Part shown: positions 41,574-56,000 of the stretch, in pieces | How positions within the stretch are numbered: the first letter of the stretch is position 1 | Layout of the letters: each line of letters begins with the position of its first letter | Source of the DNA: Geosiphon pyriformis uo1 | Taxonomy: Eukaryota > Fungi > Glomeromycota | Length of the DNA: 64,000 nt | Reading direction: 5' to 3' | Assembly (NCBI GenBank): GCA_016748015.1 | Contig: JAAOMT010000690.1 | Coordinates: 1-64,000 of the forward strand | Made by a program: the position numbers and the translations under genes | The notes under the pieces: generated by a model | Databases searched by the model: none | What the model was told of the DNA's origin: nothing | What the model saw: only the letters and a program-made list of their open reading frames with translations

Positions 41574-42982
41574 CCTGATGGCCGCTATCAAAATTTCCAA
41601 ACGTTTCAGCATAACTGTTTACAATCTCATCGATGCATTTTTATTTGCTGATAATTGTGTGTTTTGTTTTTCCGGATCAAAAGGTTAAAAAATGCATGTA
41701 TCGCTTTTTGCTTGATTTTTTTTGGTCTTTTTCTGTTTAGTAAGTTTTTGTTTGTTGTCTATCTAGTTATATTTGATTTGTTTGAATAGTTTTTAGTCAG
41801 TGGAAACTCTCTACTACGTAGGTATAAAAATGTTTTTAGCCAGACCTTGTTTACTAATAGAGTGTCAGTGTCAGAAAAAGCTCCGTATAGTACTTAGGAT
41901 TTATATGATTAGTGTCTTCAATTCCTAATCCTCAATTACTGCAATGTTTTCTAAGTTCTGCCAGTTTTGGATCGATTACGAATTTAAGCAGTGAGCGGCA
42001 GTAATGTTTTTTGATTTAGTGAGGAAAAGAATAGCGAATGCCAATTAATAGATTTTAAAGGATCCTTTGTTTTTGGAATTGGGGCCCGATATGTTGCGCG
42101 TTTTTTACAATTAACATTATGTGTGATGTAAAAAAAAAAAATCCTTTTTTATTTTAATTTTAATTTTAATTTTAATTTTTACCAATGATAACAGAAACTC
42201 TGTTAAAAATTATTGTACGGGGTTCAATTAATTTTTCAATAGGTTTGATTAATTTTAACTGTATGAATTGTGTTATTCCATCTCAAGATTCGAGTTCTTA
42301 TCAGAATGGTTGTAGCAAGAAAGGTTAGCTCGAAGCTCGATGGCTATTAAATTTGCGGGGGGGGGGAGGGGGGGGGGGGGTTTTTTTCAATTGATCCAGT
42401 AATTCATTCATTTTAGGCGATTAAAATAGTTTCCTACCGTCAATCATTTAACCCCATCCCTTTCTCCCCCTCCCCCCTCCCCTGTACCCTCCTCCTGATT
42501 TTTACCATTTCCGACCCAGCGACAATGGGAAGGGCTCCCAATAATATCAAAATTAAAAGTGTGGGAAAATTTTGTTTTTACATTTCTCAAGTTCCTTTTT
42601 TGAGCTTGGTGACCGCCTTATGGTCTTTCTTCTTGATAATAATGCTATTATAAGGGTTAAAAAGTTTGAGGTTTTCCGGAGGGGAGTGTATATTTCTAAA
42701 GTTAAAAAAAAACCCCCATATAAAATCTATTAAAAAATAAAAGTAAAAAAATCATAAACAATAAAATATGTTATACACTAAAAATATCTATGTAAATACA
42801 AATAGATAACACATACAAATATCAAATAAAATAAACCCTTTAAAAAAAAACAAAAAAAAAACTATTTGATCCCAAGTTTTGCCTCGCGTTATAATAAATT
42901 TCAAAATAATACTGACCGATTAAAGATGAAGTATATCAGAGAAAGTATATTATTAAATTTCATAGTCAAAAAAGATATTATT

Positions 42983-43052
<70 letters not shown>

Positions 43053-43401
43053 TAATAATACAATGTAGGATATATTAAAAAAACGCTCGAGAAAAATCCA
43101 AAGAACTTTTTGTATTGTTCGAAAACGGTGGGAAAAATTATTTTATATTTTGAGAAAATTTGGAAGACAGAGCCAATTGTCAGAAGCTAAAAGAAGATCA
43201 TTTCTTTGCTTCGAATTTCTAAAACGCAAATACGCGTTTTTTTTTAAGAACTCTTTGCATAATTGACACGTATANNNNNNNNNNNNNNNNNNNNNNNNNN
43301 NNNNNNNNNNNNNNNNNNNNNNNNNNNNNNNNNNNNNNNNNNNNNNNNNNNNNNNNNNNNNNNNNNNNNNNNNNNNNNNNNNNNTATGTATAGTGATAAT
43401 G

Positions 43402-43482
<81 letters not shown>

Positions 43483-44037
43483 TTTATCAGTTATAATTAT
43501 AATCATTGAATAAAAAATCTATTATCAATTATATATATCTTTGATAAACTTGTCAAAAGGAAAATCTGCGACTTTAAAAGTCCATCACTTTTGGCTCCCA
43601 GTATATCAGGTTTCAGACTTTCCATTAAATTACTATTGCCATAAAACCTCTCGCTTTGAGTATTCCCTTTTGGGTAAAACTTTAATCATTTAATTTTTGT
43701 TAGTTTATTTCCTTCTAACTTGTTTCAACCCTGATATACGCCCACCCACAGCTTTACGTGGCATTAAGATTTTTAGAAATTCATTAGATTTAAAGGAGTA
43801 AAGATTGATTAAATGGTGAGTATTAGTAAATGGGGGAGAAAAACATCTCACAGTTGGCAGAAAAGAAAATGAAAGATAACAGATAATAGATAATAGATAA
43901 TAGATAATAGATAGATAAAGAAAATATAATACAAACGAGAACGGGTGTGTGGTCAATGAAAAAAAAAAAAATTTTTTTTGTAAGTCTGTCAATTTAATTT
44001 AATCTTTAATAGGAGAAAATGATGGTGAATAGAAAAG

Positions 44038-44070
<33 letters not shown>

Positions 44071-46012
44071 CAAATGTGTTAAAGTGGATTGACAAAAAGA
44101 AAACTCGATAAACCAAATAAAAATTTGATATATATATATATATATATATTATTATTAAAGAAATTAATTTTTATTTTTAAATGTTTCTTTTTTTTTATGT
44201 TTCTTTTATCATAATTTATGCTTTTCTTGTGATGATGATTATAATAATAATAGTAAAAAGATAAAATAGTCAATTTAAAAAATAATTTTTTGCTTTTAAA
44301 CTATTTTTTTTTTTGGTAATAGATTGAGGAGATAAGTGATATACCTTTTTAGAAATTAAAGAAAAAGTTTTATACCTAAAATGATAATAGGGGCTCAAAT
44401 TTTTCGTATTCATTTTTTTGGGGTGAGGAGCTTTTTTACTTTTTTGAAGCTAAAAATGATTTGATAAAAAAATTATTTGAGTTTTTTAAATTTAAAAAAA
44501 AATCCCAAAAGATCCTTGAATAAGATAGATATTTGGGTGATAAGTGATAAAAATTAGGAAAGTCTTGATAATTTTTTAGGCACCGAATGAGTCATCATCA
44601 TAATGACTGATGATCTTGTGATATTATGCAAAAATTGAAATAAACCATTTTTCTACTACCACTACTACTACTACTACTACTACCATCATCATCATCATCA
44701 TCATCATCACCACCACCACCACCACCACTAAAACCACTAAAACCAAATTCCCGTTTCCCAATTTCTTTCAAACAACCATTTGCTCATTCTTTTCCCAAAA
44801 TCGTGATTATGACGACTTTTTATTCATTCTTTTCCAAAATCATGATTATGATGATGGTTTTTAATATGATGACTATTAATATGATTACATTAGGTGTATT
44901 TAATCAATGATTACATATCGTAAGCAACAAGTGTCCAACTTCAAGTGGACCATCTAACTTTTTTGAATCCTTATCAAAGCCCAATTACTAGAGTTTGAAT
45001 GAAATCAGTAAGCAAAAATTATGAAATGATGAGAACAATAGTTGAAAAATTTCAATTTTTCATTTAATTTCACAATTTTCGAACGTGTTTTAGAAGATTC
45101 TATTCTGTTCTTTTTATTCGTTCCCAAAATCGGTGTATATTAAAGAAAAAATCGTTAAAAGAGAGAAATAAAGAATTTAAAATTTAAAATTAAAATTGAA
45201 GCTTTTTCTTTTACCGGTTATCTTTTTTGATTTTGCCCAGGAATACATCATAACTTGATGTGTGTCCAGTTTTATAAATAATGTTGAGATGGTTGGGTAT
45301 TATCTGTTATTTGGTTATCTATTATCGAGGATCTTTTTTTTGTAAGGTTTTGGGATTTTATGTTGTTGAACGGTTGGGGGGTTAGGGAGCAAAAAAAAAG
45401 AATTTTCTTTGGGCTAAAGTGAAAATGGATCCATGTCATGTGTTTTTTTGAGTCTAGACGATACAAAAAGTTCCAACATTTCCACATCGAAATTCGAGAA
45501 AGAAAAACTCCCGTTGCGTGTTCTCTATCTGCCAGATGAAATCGGGCTTTTGGTCAATTGTAAATCACATACAGTTAAGAAAACTCGGCCGGAAATGCTA
45601 AAAGGAAACTATTCTTTTGATAATTTGGCCATCAAAAATTAAAAACATTAGGAAATCCCCGAAATTGGGATTTTGTCTAATCTTAAAACTGTGATGTTTG
45701 AAAATTTAAATGTGATGTATTATTTGATAAATTTTTTATTGTTGTTTTTCCGAAAAAATATTTGGACCCTGGATGCTGACTTAGAATAGTTTGAGATTAT
45801 ATTCTACTTGAAAGATTCTCTTAAATTTCAGGATCTTATTATGTGAATAGGGGATGAATGGTTCAAGAATATTGAAAATGATTAGAAAATTTTGATTTTT
45901 TCTTTAACTAAACAGTATTCCAATAAAAAATATTTCAGAAAATGAAAAAACATAAAAATTTTTAAATTTTTGCAAATCATTTTTACTTACTAAAATTTTA
46001 ATTAATCATGAA

Positions 46013-46063
<51 letters not shown>

Positions 46064-46372
46064 TTGTATACAAGAGTTAGAAATCATTTTTCTTAATTTT
46101 TTTAAAGATTATAAAAAGATTAAAAATACATTTAATTAAAAAAATAAATTTATTTCATGTTAAAAAGTTATTTATTATAAAAAGTTAACCAATTTTTTAT
46201 TTTTCATCTTTTAAAATTTGTTTTTAAAGCATTTCACTTTTTTTTTTCATCTTTTTCATTTTTGTTTTCATAAAAAAATAAAACTTTTATTTTACTTGAT
46301 AAATTTCAATTAATCGTTAAAATACCAAATTTTACATAATGAGTTAAAAACTCAATATTTGAATCATTTTAC

Positions 46373-46520
46373 ATTGTATTTTGTTTTGTTTTGTATTTTG
46401 TTTTGTATTTTATTGTATTGTATTGTATTGTATTATATTATATTATATTGTATTATATTGTATTGTATTATATTGTATTGTATTATATTGTATTGTATTA
46501 TATTGTATTGTATTTTGTAT
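46373..46520. repeat. (TATTG/TATTA)n pentamer array
   Basis: Directly visible. Confidence 0.9.
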
Positions 46521-46768
46521 CATAAATGTGTAAAATCAATTTAAAATTTTACACAATTGATTATTTTAATTCTTACAGATAATTGTCTAGACGTTTTTTT
46601 TTTTTCCTTTTTTACGAATTAAAGTATAAAAATATTGTTTTATAAAATTATAGAAAAATCTTTTTATTAAATAATAAAAATTTTTGAACATGTAAACTTT
46701 TTTGCTTAAATAATTTAAAAGTCCATAGTATTACCTAGAAATCATGATTGACTTTTTTTAATTTCTTG

Positions 46769-46848
<80 letters not shown>

Positions 46849-48749
46849 ATTGTTCTTATGGATTAATACAATCATGTCAAAAACTACACTTATGTTAAAA
46901 ACTACACTTTTTTGAAAACATTTAACTAATTAATCTTTTAAAGAATAAACAAATCTTGTTCAAATTATCATCTAAAATATTTCCTATCAATTTTTATGGT
47001 TGGTGAACTAAAAATTCTAAAAATTGAATGGGTCAAATTAATTTAATTTTTTATATATGAATATAAATAAATCGAGACAAATATTTTTCTCATTACAAAT
47101 TAAAATTAAAACGCGTAAAATTCTAATAAATAATAATAATTTTTTTTTTGAATGGATCACAACATTTTCAAAATCAAAAAAGAGTTTTTAAGTCAAGATA
47201 ATAAAATTTAATTCATTTTAATCACTAAACCTATAAACCTTGAGCTTTTTTATCGATTATTCTTTATAATTAGAATTTTTTTTTTTTTTTAATAAAATTT
47301 CCAGGATCTTATGTGTGGTTCATCATTTGTACGACAATTTTCATTACTGGTTCTAATTCTATTTGCCCTATCTTTTCATGGTTCGAGAATGAAGAATAAA
47401 GGTTTTTAGAGTGCGCGTTAATTGCCAATGGGACGAGAATCTGACCATTTGAAATTCATTTTTGGTCTTTTTATTATTATTTCGAGATTGAAAAGGTCGA
47501 GACTGTGAATTTGAAATTGGTGATGCAGTATCATCATGTCATCATACATCTTTAAAAGTCACATCATGCAATCATGCAACCATCAAAATTATGAAATTTC
47601 ACCACCGTTTTAAATATACAAATACTTAAAAAGTTCATTTTGTGCAAAATTACGTGCATGGGAAATCTCTGTTGAAGATCATACGAGAAATTAATCTCAA
47701 AAAAGAACAACTTTTTCTTTAAACGACATTGGTTAGAGAAAAACTAAATACGAGTTCATTTTTGAAATTTTTGACACATGGTCAGGAAAAGTAAATTAAA
47801 AGATAATTTAGACCTATTTACAAATTGAAAAAATATGTCATGCATTCTTAAATTTTGTGTGATCGAGTGAGAAATGAAATTTGGAAGCAAGAAACTAGTG
47901 CATAATAAGTTAATCTCAAGAAATTAAACTCTATTATTTCTAAATTCCAGGTCTCGCTTTTGCATTACTTTTCATAATAAACAATTAAATGCATCGATTG
48001 AAAGATAGACGACAACAACGACGATGACGACAACAACGACAATGACGACGACGACGACAATGACAAAGACAACAACGACAACGACAACGACTCGTTCAAA
48101 AAACTGAATTTGATATATATAATCATCTAATCTAGTATGAATAAAACATTTGGTTTGATCGAGCCGGGAAACCTTTGAATGGGCTCAAGCCTTGGCAGCT
48201 CAAAAATTCAAATTGTTGATTGTTAAAACCTTGCGATGGCACAAGACTCTCTGATTCTACGGATGTACCAAATTGTTCGGGTCAATCAAATTTCAATAGG
48301 TCCAAATTCAGGAAATTCTCAGTTTCGGAAACATTTTGACTATTAATCGATATTGGGAGGAGCCTAGTAGATTTTTTGCTACTCAATAGCATTGACGAAT
48401 ACCCGGGATTCTTTCGGCACCTTAGTAAAACATGAAAATTTCATAAAGAAAAAAATCTCAACTATTGGTATTCACGATTCCTTTTTTTCGTTCTCGAAAA
48501 CATTTGTAATCTCTCTTTTCAATAGTTTTTCCGCAGTACTGCTTTCTTTTAAAAAAAATCTAGCTTATGCGGGAAATTTTCTTAAGACTCGGGAAATACT
48601 GATAATTATAAATTATCGAAGGATCAAAATATTTATGATTTGAATTTCATTGCTAAAACTGTTGTTTGTGAAATTCTATGTTTGATGGTATCTTCTTTTG
48701 AGTCTAATAAATATTTTTTCTTTATCAGTGATGATAACGATGATGATGG

Positions 48750-48786
<37 letters not shown>

Positions 48787-50139
48787 CGAAGAAAAAAGAA
48801 AATTAAAGAAAATTTTGAGAGTTTGCTTTTTAAAAAGGGTAATTTGATTTGCATGGTTTTTTTTAAATTATTAAAGATATAATATTAGAAGGTAAAATTG
48901 GATTTTTTAATGATCCTCTTTGACCCCAAGTCGAGGGAGAAAATTTAATTTTCATTAATTCAATTTTGAAATTCGAATTTCAAAAATCGACAGTATTATA
49001 TTCAAGGTTAGGGGTCCAAAATTATAATTAAATACTTTTTTTTCCCAAGGCCTTTTTAAAAGTCCCCAAATCAACGAAACATGAGTGTAGTGGGGGGGGG
49101 GGAGGGGGGTTTTTTTTCAATACTCTAATGACACTATTTTATTACTGACCTATTCATAACGAAAAAAGGGGGTTATTGTGGTATTTTTATTTTTTAGTGA
49201 CTGAAAAATTCCATCAATGTGACAATTCATTTTAATCACAAAAAATTTATCACCCAATCGAAAGAAATCACATTATTGAAAATCATTTCCAACCACAATT
49301 GAAACTGAAATATATCCTAGACTTTTTATTTCGCTCTTCTTCAATGTTTAAATTGAAATGCTAAAACCTGTTTGAAACTTTAATGGAATAATTTCTCACA
49401 TCAAAAAGTGACCAATTTTTTAATGTCACATATACACATTTTCCTTTAAGTAATAGTTTACCCAACATATAAATATTAGTGCAAACAGTGTAGCGATAAC
49501 TGGGCTTATCAGAGAGAGAGAGAGAGTGAGTGAGTGAGAATGAGAGTGAGTGAGTGAGAGTGAGAGTGACAAGAGCGACAATTAAAAAAGATAGGCAATT
49601 TTGACCGTGTGCACTATAGTGAAATCTTTTTGAGCAAAAAACTTGGCATGCTCATCGTCCTCATCGACCTCCTCTGTATCTCCGATTTATTTTTTTTTGA
49701 CAGTGTGTTACAATGAGAAAAACGTGGGATTTTTTTTTCTTTCGAATGAAAAAGATTATATGTGTAAATTTGAATCTTTTTCATTAGATTTTACATTATA
49801 GGAACTAGTCTAGTATTGAAAAAATAAAATAGGTAAAAGAATTTGGGGGAAAAGATTTGGAAGAAAAAATAATTTTGACCATTGATTGACCTTTGAGGTC
49901 TTTTATTTTTTTTTATTTTTTCCTAAATAACATTATGCCTTGAAAACTTTTTAGGATCTTATGGTAAAAAATCTTAAATGTCAAGTTTTGCAAACAGCTG
50001 ATTCAACATGATTAATAGGATGTTGGACAACATTCGCTGTCAAGCAAAGTTGCACCAACATCAAGTTAAATTAGATGGCTGAAGATGACTTAGCCCATAA
50101 TTTTAAATTCAAGAATGAAAAGAGCGAGATGAGAGAATG

Positions 50140-50208
<69 letters not shown>

Positions 50209-51316
50209 NNNNNNNNNNNNNNNNNNNNNNNNNNNNNNNNNNNNNNNNNNNNNNNNNNNNNNNNNNNNNNNNNNNNNNNNNNNNNNNNNNNNNNNNNNNN
50301 NNNNNNNNNNNNNNNNNNNNNNNNNNNNNNNNNNNNNNNNNNNNNNNNNNNNNNNNNNNNNNNNNNNNNNNNNNNNNNNNNNNNNNNNNNNNNNNNNNNN
50401 NNNNNNNNNNNNNNNNNNNNNNNNNNNNNNNNNNNNNNNNNNNNNNNNNNNNNNNNNNNNNNNNNNNNNNNNNNNNNNNNNNNNNNNNNNNNNNNNNNNN
50501 NNNNNNNNNNNNNNNNNNNNNNNNNNNNNNNNNNNNNNNNNNNNNNNNNNNNNTTTTTTTTTTTTTTTCTTTTTTTTTTACCACTCTCTTCTGCTCGATA
50601 CGTCCATTCTTTTTTCCGAGTTTAACTTTTTGCTCTCCTAGTAAATCTTATATTAAAAAAGCGAATTCGCACGCTTTTATATTCTATAGAAAAAGAAATC
50701 AAAAAAAAATTATCCGAACTTGTGCTTACTTTACTATCCTTATTATAAATTACTTCAAATTTTATTTATACATATATAATTTTTTATAATAATATAATCT
50801 AAATTTTTTTTTATCTTTGTTATATAATAATCTGTTTCTTCCTTCACTTACCAAAGTCAACTCAACTCGACTCAACTCAACTTACTATTCATTGCTCAGA
50901 ATATTGGAAGTTTATCAAGTCAACAACCCCGCTACAACTTCTACTAAAAAACTACTACTAGAAATAACATCAACTTTGTGTCACGAATACAAATTTTTTT
51001 CTGCAAAAACAACAACTATAAAATCCCTAGGCGAGCCACCGTTTTTTTCAAAAAACAACCAAAACAACACAAAAACGTCCACGCATATATACAGCAACAA
51101 AAAAAATTAACTTGGTTTTTTTCTTTCTTCTGCCAAACAAATAATAATTCGACATTTAAAGAATATAAAATAAAAGGTACCAAACGTCAAATATAAACGA
51201 GCCGGAACACACAACAATAAAACAACATACACAACTCTAACGAAATTCACCATACATAAACTTTTTTGAATACACTAAACTTTTATTCTTTTACAACTCA
51301 ACGAAAAAAAAAAAGT

Positions 51317-53028
<1,712 letters not shown>

Positions 53029-56000
53029 ATTAAACTAGGCCGTGTGTATGTAAAGATGTGTGCTCGTGTATAAATTCTCATTTCTTCTAGTGATCTTTTA
53101 GTTCACTTCAAAAAAAAAAACGTTTTTTTTTTAGCTCTAATTCGGTTCATCATTTCAATCCTTTACCTGCTACCTTTCATTATCACGTTTCCCTTCCCGT
53201 TTCCAATCGCAACGATATTTTTGTATTATGGTTACTACCAGTATATCCTCCAAATCAGAATTTTACGGATCAAGTTCGATTAAATGAAAAAAATCAATCC
53301 CCATTTTTCCTGGCCGATTGCAATTGTAATTCATACCACACTTGGGGACCTTTATAGCATATATAACTCTCTTGATCCGTGTACAAACATAAACAACTAC
53401 AACTTTTGTTGGCACTCAAATTTTATCAATCATTTCTGATTCTCTGCCTGATCTTTATTATTTACATCATCTTAATTATTTTGTACAGCACAAAAAAAAA
53501 TATAACATAATGGTACGCTATACAACACATGAATATACACAATGCACACAGTTTACAAACATTAAAACTCGAACACGAACAATTCAATATATATAGGTTA
53601 TAACCTAAAGCGATCTTTTCTGTTATGTGTTATGGCTCATGATACGACACTTGGAATTTCTTGCTGGATATTATATCTGGATTTTGAAAAATGGATTCCC
53701 CCTTTTCGATATAAAATACATACACACAAAAGACTTTCAATGCTTAGTATCATTTGTATACACACTTGTATTGACTGGACTGGTTTCCATTCTCACTATT
53801 CTTTGTCTCTTCTCTCACCCTTTTTTTGGGGATAATGCGAGAGCAAGAGCCTCAAAAGTTTAAAATTTTATTTACCTCCCCACAAATGTATAATTTTCAT
53901 TCCACGCACAAACAGAAAAACCTTATTTTAATCTTCTTATTTTTTTTTTATTTTTTTTTATCTTTAATTATTATTCCCCTTACTAGTGGTCTGCAAAACG
54001 GTATCTATTCACTCACACGTCAGAGAGTGTTGTTGAATATATAGTATTGCAATCCGGGAAACCTATACATCAAGATGGCCACCTTACTTTTCTTACATAG
54101 TCTCCCCCAATCCCCCTTTTTTTCTTTATCTTTTCTTTTCTTTTTGGATAGTTTTAGTTTTAAAAACAAGTGATAAACAAATCACCAAATAAAAATGCTC
54201 CCAGTAATCTCTTTTGATCGCTGAAAATTAAAAATTTTGAAAATAAATGTTTTGATTTTGAAATCAAAAAGTGACCTATACGATCATTGAGAAATTTGAT
54301 AGTGAAATTAAAAATAATGATTTTAGAGTACTCGAATATTGATTTTCCATCAAAAATGTTGATAACTGGATCAAGCGAACAAAAAAAATACGATACGTTA
54401 CCATTGGTATCATCTATGTGTAAACCAGAAATTATTTTATTTCGAAATATTATGATATCAGATAACAGGCAAAAAGCTAATACGCAGGATGATCCTATGC
54501 TTCATCATAATAATCATTTGATTCATCATATTATTGTAATGCATGACTAAAAATTGAATGACAAGTTGCAGGATCTATATTTTGATGTAAAAAGCGCGAT
54601 TTTAAATTATTGATTTCTCTCGTCCATTTTTTTTTTTCATGCAAAAATATAAAGCTATAAAAAGAAATATAAACACTCTTAAAGTAGTCCTCTTTATATG
54701 AAAGGTTTATTAGTTAGCATGGCATTGGATATTAGATATTAAATATTAGGCCTTGCCTTTCTTACCCACTCACTCACTCACTCACTAAAAAGCCTTCAAG
54801 AGGCTGAGGGGAATAGATGGTTGAATAAAGATTCCCTCTTTCAATCTATTTATGAATTGACATATGAGAACGGTCAAAGAATTCTTGAATTTTTCTTATG
54901 ACGATAGATCTTCCTAATACCTATCATTAAGTGCCAATCTCCTCGCCGTGGGAGAAAATTTCCCGTTTTCATTACAATCATTTTTACGGTCTGCTAAACT
55001 TGGCTGACGTAAAATCAAACCTTTGCTGGTACAGACCAAATTGATGCGTTTTTAACTTTTGACAGGTGCTTTTTGAATGCCGAACCCTTCTGGTGCATAA
55101 TAACCTTTATAAAAAATCCCTTTGAACGATTGACAACAGAGGGAAATAGACAAAGAAAAACCAGTTGCATCAATAATTGATTGAGCTGTTTTGGCTGTAT
55201 ACGGAACGGAATCTACTAATTTGAAGTGTGCATTTTTGATAGTATTACTTTTCTGTATAAGGAAATATGTAATCTAAAAGATTCTTGGAAGCGATTTCTT
55301 TATGGGAAATTGAAGTTCGAAGATAGGGAGATGAATGAATGAATTTGTGATATTGTACCCCAAAGATCTTCCCAAAGTTCAATTAACATCTATGGTAAGA
55401 TTGTATTCTGATTTGCTGGAGGCAAAGACTCCCAGATTATTGTTGAGTGAACCGCCCCCCCCCCCTCCCGCAGCTATTTTAATTCCAACTCACTCGTGAT
55501 AAAGTTCAGGAGTCCCACCGTTACCGTTACCGCATTCTCCCGGGGTGACCGTTTCACAACTTCCAACACATGCATAGCATTAGCGATCCGTGTTACGACA
55601 ATCTTTTGTTATTATTTAATGCTGGAACCATGGAAACTTAATTTATAGAACTCTAAAAGAGTCTAGATTCAAAAACTGTGAGTCTATAATCATGCAGAAA
55701 GTTGGATTCTCGAATTGTCCAACCATTTTAAATTTTCTAATCCCCTGTGAAATCACACAAAATTACAATACATAGATGTCAGTCAGAACTGAATTCATTG
55801 ATATTGCTAGGCAGTTATGCTAAATAACAAATAAAATCTCAAAAATGGGTTGTTTAACTAGTAATGAATCGCGCCAAACTTCCAAACTCAAAGAACTTGT
55901 TAAAGTTTCAAACTATTAAAATGATTTGGATTATGTACGTAAACAATGGCAAATACATAAAAACATACGCGCAAAACATGGTTGAAATTTTAGGCTACTC

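Noticed and set aside
22466-50625. Dozens of 60-160 aa ORFs (poly-F/K/C/V/I/N/Y)
   Set aside because: Translations of microsatellites, homopolymers and N gaps; no domain signal
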